Both the position numbers and the translations under genes were made by a program. 43,492 nt of DNA from a bacterium (GTDB lineage: Bacteria > Eisenbacteria > RBG-16-71-46), in assembly GCA_043779265.1 (NCBI GenBank), contig JAYWEM010000065.1, positions 1-43,492 of the forward strand, given 5' to 3'. The notes beneath the pieces are model-generated. The model was not told the origin of the DNA. It did not search any database and saw nothing but the letters and a program-made list of their open reading frames with translations. Positions 21,156-29,046 of the stretch are shown here, piece by piece (the stretch's first letter is position 1; every line of letters starts with the position of its first letter).

Positions 21156-21490
21156 GCGCGCCCGACGCATTGGTCGCGCTGCAGGATGTCGACCTGCTCC
21201 TCGAGGAGTATGAGGAGGCCAGCGCTGCTCGCGACTCGCGTCGGATGCTCTCGAACGAAGGATCGCACGCGCTCGCGCTCGAGCGCCGCAGGCTCGAGCA
21301 GTCGATCGATCCCCATTGGCTGGATCTCTACGAGCGCTGTCAGGGTCGCTATGGCCGTGGCCTCACCGCGGTGCGCGACCGGATCTGCCAGGGTTGCCAG
21401 ACGCGCCTGCCCACCTCCTCGGCCCCTCCCGCGGGGATTGCCTTCCTCCAGGTCTGCGAGAGCTGCGGTCGCCTGCTGCTCTGGGTCTGA
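21152..21490 (+). CDS. C4-type zinc-ribbon protein (DUF164, CT398/HP0958-like), short form
   Basis: TTG start overlapping the EIIA stop. LVALQDVD N-terminus, LYER...G...CQGC..LP...CESCGRLL. Confidence 0.8.
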   Translation: MSAPDALVALQDVDLLLEEYEEASAARDSRRMLSNEGSHALALERRRLEQSIDPHWLDLYERCQGRYGRGLTAVRDRICQGCQTRLPTSSAPPAGIAFLQVCESCGRLLLWV

Positions 21491-21603
21491 CCCGTACGCA
21501 TCGAGGCGGGCTGTGCGCGGCGTGAGCGGCCCCCGTGCTACGCTTCTTCGAGTGGGCCCGTCCCGGAAGTGCCGGGCGTGACGGACCGGAAGGAGGAGTG
21601 GGC

Positions 21604-22038
21604 GTGTCGTCAGTGAGAACCTCGGGGCACCGTTCCATGGTCACCCTGATCACCATCGCGGCCCTGTCGGCTGCGTCGTGCACGTCGCTGCGCGAGGTGC
21701 CTCGTGCGGATCTCGCCTCAAGGCCCGAGCGCAAGGGCGTTACGGTCGAAACCCGCGACGGCCTGCTCTATCGATTCGACCGCGCGACTTTCGATGCCGA
21801 CTCCATTTCGGGCTATCGCGAGCGCGCGGATCTCGAGGGGCCCTTCGGGCACGTCATCCGCGTGCGACTGGCGCTCGAGGACATCTCGCGCCTCTCGGTC
21901 CGGACGATCGACTGGTATCGAACCGGACTGGTCGGCGGTGGTGTGATCGGCGCTGCGATCGGTGTCGGCATCGGATCGGGTGCGATCGGCTCGACCGCGG
22001 AGCGCGGTAGCGGCGGCGGCGGCCGCCTACCCGACTGA
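21604..22038 (+). CDS. Putative lipoprotein with a C-terminal glycine-zipper segment
   Basis: GGAGG RBS before GTG 21604. Hydrophobic stretch ending in LSAASC (lipobox-like), and GLVGGGVIGAAIGVGIG near the C-terminus. Confidence 0.6.
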   Translation: MSSVRTSGHRSMVTLITIAALSAASCTSLREVPRADLASRPERKGVTVETRDGLLYRFDRATFDADSISGYRERADLEGPFGHVIRVRLALEDISRLSVRTIDWYRTGLVGGGVIGAAIGVGIGSGAIGSTAERGSGGGGRLPD

Positions 22039-22039
22039 C

Positions 22040-22450
22040 TCAGCGCGAGACGGCTCGCGCCGCAAGCGCGCCCAACGCTGCGCCCGCCAAGTCGGCTGCC
22101 ACGTCCAGCGCATCGGCGCGACTTCGTCTCGAATCCCACCACTCCTTGAAGATCCCGATCGATAGCGCGACGCTGAAGCCACCGCGCGCATCCTCGAGCG
22201 CGAGCGTCGCGGCGGCCGCGAGCGCGAACGAGGAGCCGGCGTGCTGCAGGCGATCGGGCGTGAGGACAGGCAGTGCCAACCTCGAGGCGAGCGAGTCCGC
22301 TGTGGTTCGTGCCGACGACTGGTCGGGAGAGGCGGCGATCGACAGGATCGCGAGGAGCGTGGCGATGATCAGGAGGCGGGGGTGACGGACTGGTTCGCCA
22401 GCCGCGAGGTGCGAGCGCGTGTGCGTGCTCAGGATCGGTTGCGAGCGCAC
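22040..22450 (-). CDS. Small membrane protein, YfiM/DUF2279-like. Start uncertain.
   Basis: The 3' part of the 22040-23962 minus ORF reads as a real protein: signal-like LLIIATLLAILSIAAS, DRLQHAGSS, GIFKEWWD, DVAADLAG. Nearest in-frame start is GTG at 22450. Confidence 0.6.
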   Translation of the reverse strand: MRSQPILSTHTRSHLAAGEPVRHPRLLIIATLLAILSIAASPDQSSARTTADSLASRLALPVLTPDRLQHAGSSFALAAAATLALEDARGGFSVALSIGIFKEWWDSRRSRADALDVAADLAGAALGALAARAVSR

Positions 22451-23800
22451 GCGTGGCCTCGCGATCTCCTCGCGCTGCTCGCGGAGCTTCGCCGCGGAGG
22501 AGGTCGCGCGCTGCTCGTCGGAGGCAGCGTTCGGGACGTCCTGCTCGTCCGTGCGGGTGATCGCGCGTTCGATGTCTCGAGTTCGCTGCGTCCCGAGGAG
22601 GTGCGGCAGCGCTTCGACTCCGTCGATCCGATCGGCGAGGTGCACGGGACGATGCTCGTGCGGCGCGGCGAAGTCGCCGTGGAGTGCACGACCTTCCGCC
22701 GTGAAGGGGACTACAGCGACGCACGTCATCCCGACTCGGTCTGGTTCACGAACGACCCCGAGGAGGACCTCGATCGACGCGATCTGACGGTGAACGCGAT
22801 GGCGTTCGATCCTGAATCGGGTGAACTGCTCGACCCGCATGGCGGGGCGCTCGACCTCGAACGTCGCCGGTTGCGTGCAGTCGGCCTCGCGAGGGATCGT
22901 TTCCACGAGGATGCGCTGAGGCCGCTGCGTGTGGCCCGTTTCGCGGCGGTCCTGGGTTTCGAGGTCGAGGGCGAGACGCGCCGCGCGCTGGGGTGCGCGC
23001 TCGATCGGTCGGCACTCGTGGCCCCCGAGCGCGTGCGAGTCGAACTGGAGAAGCTGATGGGCGCTCCCGAGCCGAGCATCGGCTTCGAACTCCTGCGAGA
23101 GGCAGGGCTGCTCGCCCTCTGGCTGCCGGAGTTGGCCGAGTGTCGCGGCGTACCGCAGAACCGGTTCCATGCGCATGATGTGTACTTCCATCTCCTTCAC
23201 AGCACCGATGCCGCGCGCGCGGACGATCCCGTGGTGAGGTGGGCCGTGCTGTTGCACGATATCGGGAAGCCGGCCACACGTGCCGAGAAGCCCAACGGGG
23301 AAGGTACCTTCTACAACCACGAGGTCATCGGCGCCACCCTGGCCGATGGAATCCTGCGCCGACTGCGATTCTCGAATCCGTTCCGCGAGCAGGTCGTGCA
23401 TCTGGTGCGCGAGCACATGTTCGACTATCGGCCCGGGTGGAGTGATGCCGCACTGCGGCGCTGGCTGAGGCGAGTCGGCGTCGATCATGTCGCCCGGCTG
23501 TTCGACGTCCGGATCGCCGACTGCCTTGGCAATGGGCGCAAGGGATTCCCGGACGATCTCGACGCGATGGCCGTTCGCATCGACGCGCTGCTCGCCGAGT
23601 CGTCGGCGCTCGATGTCAGCGATCTCGCGATCGATGGCCGCGACGTGATGAATGCCCTTGCGATCGCGCCCGGACCGCTCGTGGGTGAGGCCCTCGAACG
23701 CCTGCTCGAGGCGGTGATCGAGGATCCTGCCGTGAATGTGCGCGAGAAGCTGCTCGCGAAGCTCTCGGCGATGCGCGCGGAGAAGGGGGACATGGCTTGA
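22382..23800 (+). CDS. Class II tRNA nucleotidyltransferase (CCA/A-adding)/poly(A) polymerase family protein with HD domain
   Basis: LVGGSVRD, ECTTFR.EG.Y.D.RHP, DL.RRDLTVNA, F.EDALR.LR..RF, ERVR.EL.K, HD domain (LLHDIGKP, FYNHE). Start GTG 22382 (AGGAGG) or 22409/22421. Confidence 0.9.
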   Translation: MTDWFASREVRARVRAQDRLRAHAWPRDLLALLAELRRGGGRALLVGGSVRDVLLVRAGDRAFDVSSSLRPEEVRQRFDSVDPIGEVHGTMLVRRGEVAVECTTFRREGDYSDARHPDSVWFTNDPEEDLDRRDLTVNAMAFDPESGELLDPHGGALDLERRRLRAVGLARDRFHEDALRPLRVARFAAVLGFEVEGETRRALGCALDRSALVAPERVRVELEKLMGAPEPSIGFELLREAGLLALWLPELAECRGVPQNRFHAHDVYFHLLHSTDAARADDPVVRWAVLLHDIGKPATRAEKPNGEGTFYNHEVIGATLADGILRRLRFSNPFREQVVHLVREHMFDYRPGWSDAALRRWLRRVGVDHVARLFDVRIADCLGNGRKGFPDDLDAMAVRIDALLAESSALDVSDLAIDGRDVMNALAIAPGPLVGEALERLLEAVIEDPAVNVREKLLAKLSAMRAEKGDMA

Positions 23801-23826
23801 CCCTCGTCGGAAGGGGCCCGTATCCT
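23797..23826 (+). promoter_or_regulatory. Putative sigma70 promoter TTGACC-N18-TATCCT
   Basis: TTGACC 23797-23802 and TATCCT 23821-23826. Same hexamers and spacing as the promoter at 8233. Confidence 0.6.
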
Positions 23827-23868
23827 GACTCGGTTCCGACTCCATCTTCCACCTTCCTCCCATCCTGA

Positions 23869-24861
23869 ATGACCGTCGACGACACCATCCTCGAGGTCCA
23901 GAAGCCCGTCCGGCGTGAGCTCGAGAAGGTGCAAGAGAGCCTTCGCGGGCTCTTCCGCACACCCATTCCGATTCTCAATGAGGTCGGTGGGCACGTGCTG
24001 GCGACGCGAGGGAAGAAGTTCCGGCCGACCCTGCTGCTCCTGACGGCCCGGCTACGCGGCTTGCTCGACGACGACGCGATCGTCTGCGCGACCGTCGTGG
24101 AACTGGTGCACGCCGCAGCGCTCATCCATGACGATTCGGTGGATCGCAGCATGCTGCGGCGCGGCATGCCCACGGTCAATGGCCTGTGGACCGACGAGAT
24201 GGCGATCATCATGGGCGACTACATGTACGCCAAGGCCATGGCGCTGCTGGTCGAACACAAGCTGAATGCGGCGATGGGCATCCTGGCGCAGGTCGTCACC
24301 GACATGTCGTGCGGTCAGGCGCTCGAGTTCCAGCACGCCTTCGACCTCGATGTGACCGAGGAGCAGTACCAGCAGTTGATCCTCGGCAAGACCGGATCGC
24401 TGATCGCCGCGGCGACGGAGATCGGCGCGGGGCTGAACGGAGGGGCGCGCGAGCCGAAGCGGCGCGCCCAGTACCGTCGGTTCGGCGAGAGCATCGGAAT
24501 CGCGTTCCAGATCGTCGATGATCTTTTCGACTACCTCGGGGATCCCGCCGTCACCGGCAAGCCGGTGGGCTACGACCTCATCGAGGGCAAGGTGACGCTT
24601 CCGTTGATCGCCGCCCTGCGTGAGGCGACGGATGCCGACCGACGCAAGCTGCGCCGTCTCGCCGGACGCCGGCGTTTCACCCCGACGCAGTGGGAGGACC
24701 TCCGGGGCGCCATCGAGCGCGCGGGCGGGTTCACCTACGCGCGGCGGCGTGCGCGCACGCTTGCCGATGAGGCGAGCGCGATCCTCTCGCCCGAGCCCCG
24801 TGGTGCCGCCAAGCGTGCCCTCGCGGCGGCCATCGGCTACGCCATCAACCGCGATCACTAG
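23869..24861 (+). CDS. Long-chain trans-polyprenyl diphosphate synthase (IspB/HepT-like)
   Basis: GKKFRP, ELVHAAALIHDDSVD..LRRG (FARM with Ala at -5, indicating long chain), KTG, FQIVDDLFD, GK..G.DL.EGK.TLP. Confidence 0.94.
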   Translation: MTVDDTILEVQKPVRRELEKVQESLRGLFRTPIPILNEVGGHVLATRGKKFRPTLLLLTARLRGLLDDDAIVCATVVELVHAAALIHDDSVDRSMLRRGMPTVNGLWTDEMAIIMGDYMYAKAMALLVEHKLNAAMGILAQVVTDMSCGQALEFQHAFDLDVTEEQYQQLILGKTGSLIAAATEIGAGLNGGAREPKRRAQYRRFGESIGIAFQIVDDLFDYLGDPAVTGKPVGYDLIEGKVTLPLIAALREATDADRRKLRRLAGRRRFTPTQWEDLRGAIERAGGFTYARRRARTLADEASAILSPEPRGAAKRALAAAIGYAINRDH

Positions 24862-24880
24862 AGCGGACGGAGACCGGCCC

Positions 24881-25258
24881 ATGCACGCGCACGCACGTCC
24901 CTCGTCATCGAGCAGCCCCCGCGAGATGCTCCAGATCGCCGCGGAGGCGGCACGCTCGAAGAAGGCCGAGGACCTCATCGGCCTCGACCTGAAGCCGCTG
25001 CATGGGGCCGCGGACTACTTCCTCATCTGTTCGGCGCAGAGCGAGCCGCAGGTCACGGCGATCGCGGATGCCGTCGAGGAGAAGTTGCGCGAGGCGGGTT
25101 CCCGCGTCTGGCATATCGAGGGGCGCGAAGGGCGCCACTGGGTGCTGCTCGATTACGTCGATCTCGTCGTGCACGTGTTCCACACCAAGACGCGCGAGTT
25201 CTACCTGCTCGAGCGTCTGTGGGGCGATGCCGGGAGTGTGGACCTTGGTGTGGACTGA
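24881..25258 (+). CDS. rsfS: Ribosome silencing factor
   Basis: KKAEDL...DL, ADYFLICS, QV.AIAD, EG...WVLLDY.D.VVHVF...REFY.LERLWGD. Confidence 0.95.
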   Translation: MHAHARPSSSSSPREMLQIAAEAARSKKAEDLIGLDLKPLHGAADYFLICSAQSEPQVTAIADAVEEKLREAGSRVWHIEGREGRHWVLLDYVDLVVHVFHTKTREFYLLERLWGDAGSVDLGVD

Positions 25259-26981
25259 GATCCGCGCCGGTCTCGATCATGCGCTGCGCGCTGCTTCGGC
25301 CAGGGATGAGCAGATGGATTCCTCGCTCGAACTCGCCATCCCGCGCGATGCTGCCCACGGTGATTGGACCTGCAACATCGCGATGATCCTCGCGAAGCGT
25401 CTCGGGCGTCCGCCGCGTGCGCTCGCCGAGGCGATCGCCTCGGCTTACCCGCTCGATGGACCCATCGACCGGGTGGAGGTGGCGGGTCCCGGATTCCTCA
25501 ACTTCCGCTACCGCGAGTCGTTCGTCGCCGGGCTGCCCGAGCGGATCCTGGCCGAGTCCGATGGGTTCGGCGCGTCGCGGTCCGGGGCGGGCGAGCGAGT
25601 GCTCGTCGAGTATGTCAGCGCCAATCCCACGGGACCGATGAATGTGGTGAGTGCGCGGGCAGCCGCAGTCGGTTCGTCGCTCGTGCGCATCCTCGGCGCA
25701 GCCGGGTTCGAGGCCTCGAGCGAGTTCTACGTGAACGATGCGGGCAATCAGGTCGGGCTCCTCGGGGCCTCGGTGGCCGCGCGATTCGCCGAACGGGTCG
25801 GCGTGGATCGGCCTTTCCCGGCCGATGGCTACCACGGATCCTACCTCCACGATCTCGCCGCGGTGCTGCCCGTGGAGGAGGGACGCGCCGCGCTCGAGCG
25901 CGCGACCGGGGACGAGTGGTTCCGCGACCAGGCCCTCGAGCACATGCTCGCCTGGCAACAGCGCGATCTCGAGGCCTACGGCGTCACGTACGACCGCTGG
26001 TTCCGCGAGTCCGAGGTTCACGAGAGCGGGGCCGTCGAAGCGGCTGGCGCCGAACTCGAGAAGCGCGGCGCCTCGTATCGTGCCGAGAAGCCCGAGGGCG
26101 TGACCGAGGCGGCCGAGTCGCGTGTGCGCGAGGAGGAGGGCGCCGCCGGCGGGAGCGGTCTGGCGACCTGGCTTCGTGCCACGCAGCATGGCGACGACAT
26201 GGACCGTGTGCTGGTCCGCAGCGATGGCCGTCCGACCTACCTGCTCCCGGACATCGCCTATCACCGTGACAAGCGATCGCGCGGATTCCGCAGAGCGATC
26301 AATCTGTGGGGTCCCGACCATCACGCTTACATCCGGACGCTTCGCTCCGGACTGATGGCCCTGGGGATCGAGCCGGACTTCCTCGAGGTGCTCATCGTCC
26401 AGCAGGTGAATCTGCTGCGCGACGGGCTCGAGGTGAAGATGAGCAAGCGCGCGGGCGAGTTCGTCACGCTGCGTGAACTCGTGGATGAAGTGGGGCCGGA
26501 CTGCGCCAAGTTCTTCTTCTTGATGCGTTCGACGAGCGCTCACCTCGACTTCGACATGACGCTCGCTCTCCAGCAGAACGACCAGAACCCCGCCTACTAC
26601 GTCCAGTACGCGCACGCGCGCATCGCTTCCGTGTTGCGTGTCGCGGCCGAGCGGGGCCTGCTGCCCGAGCGCGGGGCCGTGTCCGATCTGACCGCGCCCG
26701 AGGAGATCGCCCTCGTGCGCAAGCTGGCGACATTCCCCGAAGTGGTCCGCGGCGCCGCCTTCGCTCGCGAGCCGCATCGGCTCCCCGCGTTCCTCACCGA
26801 GACCGCGGCTGCGTTCCATCGCTTCTACCATGGCTGTCGCGTGGTGAGTGAGGACGCCGCGCTCTCGCGTCATCGGCTGCGCGTCTGTGCAGCCACGCAG
26901 CAGGTTCTGCGCAATGGCCTCGCGCTCCTGGGTGTCTCGGCGCCCGAACGTCTGGAGCGTGCGGCGGAGACTTCCGCATGA
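25248..26981 (+). CDS. argS: Arginine--tRNA ligase (start could be 25227, 25245 or 25248)
   Basis: HGDW.CN.AM.LAK, AGPGFLNF, EYVSANPTGP, EFYVNDAG.Q, RSDGRPTY..DIAYH.DK, WGPDHH, KMSKRAG, NPAYYVQYAHAR, FHRFY. Confidence 0.96.
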   Translation: MWTEIRAGLDHALRAASARDEQMDSSLELAIPRDAAHGDWTCNIAMILAKRLGRPPRALAEAIASAYPLDGPIDRVEVAGPGFLNFRYRESFVAGLPERILAESDGFGASRSGAGERVLVEYVSANPTGPMNVVSARAAAVGSSLVRILGAAGFEASSEFYVNDAGNQVGLLGASVAARFAERVGVDRPFPADGYHGSYLHDLAAVLPVEEGRAALERATGDEWFRDQALEHMLAWQQRDLEAYGVTYDRWFRESEVHESGAVEAAGAELEKRGASYRAEKPEGVTEAAESRVREEEGAAGGSGLATWLRATQHGDDMDRVLVRSDGRPTYLLPDIAYHRDKRSRGFRRAINLWGPDHHAYIRTLRSGLMALGIEPDFLEVLIVQQVNLLRDGLEVKMSKRAGEFVTLRELVDEVGPDCAKFFFLMRSTSAHLDFDMTLALQQNDQNPAYYVQYAHARIASVLRVAAERGLLPERGAVSDLTAPEEIALVRKLATFPEVVRGAAFAREPHRLPAFLTETAAAFHRFYHGCRVVSEDAALSRHRLRVCAATQQVLRNGLALLGVSAPERLERAAETSA

Positions 26982-27913
26982 GCGGTCCCTCGCGCATCGT
27001 CGTCGTTGGCTCGGTCGCACTCGATACCATCCGCACGCCGTACGGGGAGGTGACCGATGCCCTCGGTGGTTCGGCGTCCTACTTCTCGTTCTCGGCCAGC
27101 CACTTCGCCCCGGTCAGCGTGGTCGCGGTCGTGGGAGACGACTTCCCGATCGAGCACCGGGCCCGATTCGAGGCACGGCACGTCGACCTCGCCGGGCTCC
27201 AGACGGCTCCTGGGCGCACGTTCCGCTGGCGAGGTGAGTACATGGCCGAGCTCGGGCATGCGCACACGCTCGAGACCCAGCTCAACGTGTTCGCCGAGTT
27301 CAGCCCCAAGCTCGATGTCTCGCATCGAGCGGCTCCGTTCGTGTTCCTGGCGAACATCGACCCGGATCTCCAGCTCCACGTGTTGAGCCAGATGCAGAAG
27401 CCGCGGATGTCGCTCTCGGACACGATGAACTACTGGATCGCCCGCAAGCCCGAGCGTGTGCTCGAGGTGCTGCGCCGAGTCGACGTGGCGCTCCTGAACG
27501 AGGAGGAGGCGAAGGCGCTTGCCGGGGAGACCCACCTGACCAAGGCGGCCGAGCGTCTGCTGGCGGAGGGTGCCAATGCGGTGATCATCAAGAAGGGCGA
27601 GCACGGCGCGCTTTACCACTCGCGCGAGGAGCGCTTCATCACGCCCGCCTATCCGGTGACAGCGCTGACCGATCCGACGGGGGCTGGCGATTCCTTCGCC
27701 GGCGGATTCATCGGCATGCTGGCTCGGACCAACCGATCGGATGGCGAAGCCCTGCGTCAGGCCATGGCGTGCGGCACGGCGATGGCTTCACTCGCCATCG
27801 AATCCTTCAGCCCGCAGCGCCTGATCGAGACTGGTAGTGACGAGATCACCGGTCGCGTCCGGTCGCTCCACCAGATGGTTCACTACGATCTCTTCCCACT
27901 GTTCGACCACTGA
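26978..27913 (+). CDS. PfkB-family carbohydrate/nucleoside kinase
   Basis: VGSVALDTI.TP, LGGSASY, LANIDP, DTMNYWI, LNEEEA, KKGEHGA, DPTGAGDSFAGG. Confidence 0.93.
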   Translation: MSGPSRIVVVGSVALDTIRTPYGEVTDALGGSASYFSFSASHFAPVSVVAVVGDDFPIEHRARFEARHVDLAGLQTAPGRTFRWRGEYMAELGHAHTLETQLNVFAEFSPKLDVSHRAAPFVFLANIDPDLQLHVLSQMQKPRMSLSDTMNYWIARKPERVLEVLRRVDVALLNEEEAKALAGETHLTKAAERLLAEGANAVIIKKGEHGALYHSREERFITPAYPVTALTDPTGAGDSFAGGFIGMLARTNRSDGEALRQAMACGTAMASLAIESFSPQRLIETGSDEITGRVRSLHQMVHYDLFPLFDH

Positions 27914-27989
27914 GACTGAGCTTGCTTCCAACGGGTGCCGCTATGCTAGAGTCCCCGCGGGCTTCGAGGGGGAAGGAGTCATCCGCGTC

Positions 27990-28730
27990 ATGACCGCACC
28001 AGTGATCACCCTCGCCTCCCGGGCCGAGGCCGCGATTCGTCGTCTCCGGGACATCGAGGGTGTGAGCGTTCTCAGCACGGGTGACACCATCCGTGAAGTT
28101 CATGTCGTGACCCGCTCGGACCGCGCCCCCAAACTGATCGTGCGCGATGTCCAGACGGTTCTCCGCACCGACCTCGGTGTCACCATCGACCATCGGGTCG
28201 TCTCGGTGGCCCAGGCAGGCCCCGACTCGGCGAAGCTGCCTCCGGAGCGATTCCCCATCGAGGACGTGTTCGCGACCGAGGAGCCGGTTCACGTGCCGCA
28301 CGAGCGGATCCGCTTCGAGAGCGTCAACCTGTTCGTCGCAGGCGCACGCACCCAGGCCCAGGTGGAACTCCGCTGGAAGGGCCTGCCCCGAATGGGCAGC
28401 GCAACCGGCTGGAGCACGCGCGACGAATCGCATCGGCTGGTGGCGCAGGCCGCTGCCGGGGCCGTGCAGGAGTTCCTCGCCGACCCCGTCGCGCTCAGCG
28501 TGCAGACGGTGGAGTTCGTCGACGTGGGGCGGCACCGTCTGGTGGTCGTCGCGCTGAGCATGCTCGTCCATCGACAGGAGCGGCTGCTGTCGGGAACGTG
28601 CCTCGTGACGCAGGACACACCTCAATCGGTCGTTCTCGCCACGCTGTCCGCGCTCAATCGAGTGGTGGGCGGCATGGCGATCAAGGAACCCACGGAATAC
28701 GTCCTGCGGCCGAGCGCCCTGGACGCCTGA
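27990..28730 (+). CDS. Hypothetical protein. C-terminal half resembles the LeuA (2-isopropylmalate synthase) allosteric/dimerisation domain.
   Basis: ATG 27990 after GAAGGAG. N-domain EVHVV..RAPK.IVRDVQT....IDHR.VSVAQ. C-domain with repeated beta-beta-beta-alpha-like units ending GTCLV..D...SVVLATLSALNR. Confidence 0.75.
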   Translation: MTAPVITLASRAEAAIRRLRDIEGVSVLSTGDTIREVHVVTRSDRAPKLIVRDVQTVLRTDLGVTIDHRVVSVAQAGPDSAKLPPERFPIEDVFATEEPVHVPHERIRFESVNLFVAGARTQAQVELRWKGLPRMGSATGWSTRDESHRLVAQAAAGAVQEFLADPVALSVQTVEFVDVGRHRLVVVALSMLVHRQERLLSGTCLVTQDTPQSVVLATLSALNRVVGGMAIKEPTEYVLRPSALDA

Positions 28731-28877
28731 TCGTTCGAGGGCCCGTCGGGGCCCGACCATTGCGGACCGGCATCGTCGGAAGGAGGCGAGCGGAGCGGAG
28801 CAGTCCTAAAGCGAAGCGATCCACGCCTGGGGGATCCGTCCCTCAGCATCCTCGTCGCAAGAAGGAGGTGGACGCTC

Positions 28878-28928
28878 ATGGAGCTGCTTCTCGATATGAT
28901 CGAGCTGTTCGGCAAGGCCGGCTGGTAA
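28878..28928 (+). CDS. Small ORF / micropeptide, 16 aa: MELLLDMIELFGKAGW
   Basis: AAGGAGGT at 28862-28869, 8 nt before ATG 28878, TAA at 28926-28928. Most codons end in G/C like the neighbouring genes. Sits in an otherwise empty 316-nt gap. Confidence 0.7.
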   Translation: MELLLDMIELFGKAGW

Positions 28929-29046
28929 GCCGGTGAGTCGTTGAAGCCACGATGATCACTCCCTTCGCGAAGCCGGTCCCACTTCTTTTCTCTGCAGCCC
29001 GCCGCGCGGGACTCGACCCGTTTCCGCGCGAGATGGATGTCCGACC

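Noticed and set aside
27922..27952. Possible promoter (TTGCTT with TATGCT or TG-C-TAGAGT) for the hypothetical-peptide-HD-GYP module
   Set aside because: The -35/-10 spacing (14 or 19 bp) is off consensus. An extended -10 is possible but too weak to call.
28790..28830. Possible c-di-GMP-I (GEMM) riboswitch because of GTCCTAAA upstream of an HD-GYP gene
   Set aside because: The GGCAAA / GNRA tetraloop / GCAAAG elements and P1-P3 pairing could not be found by eye.
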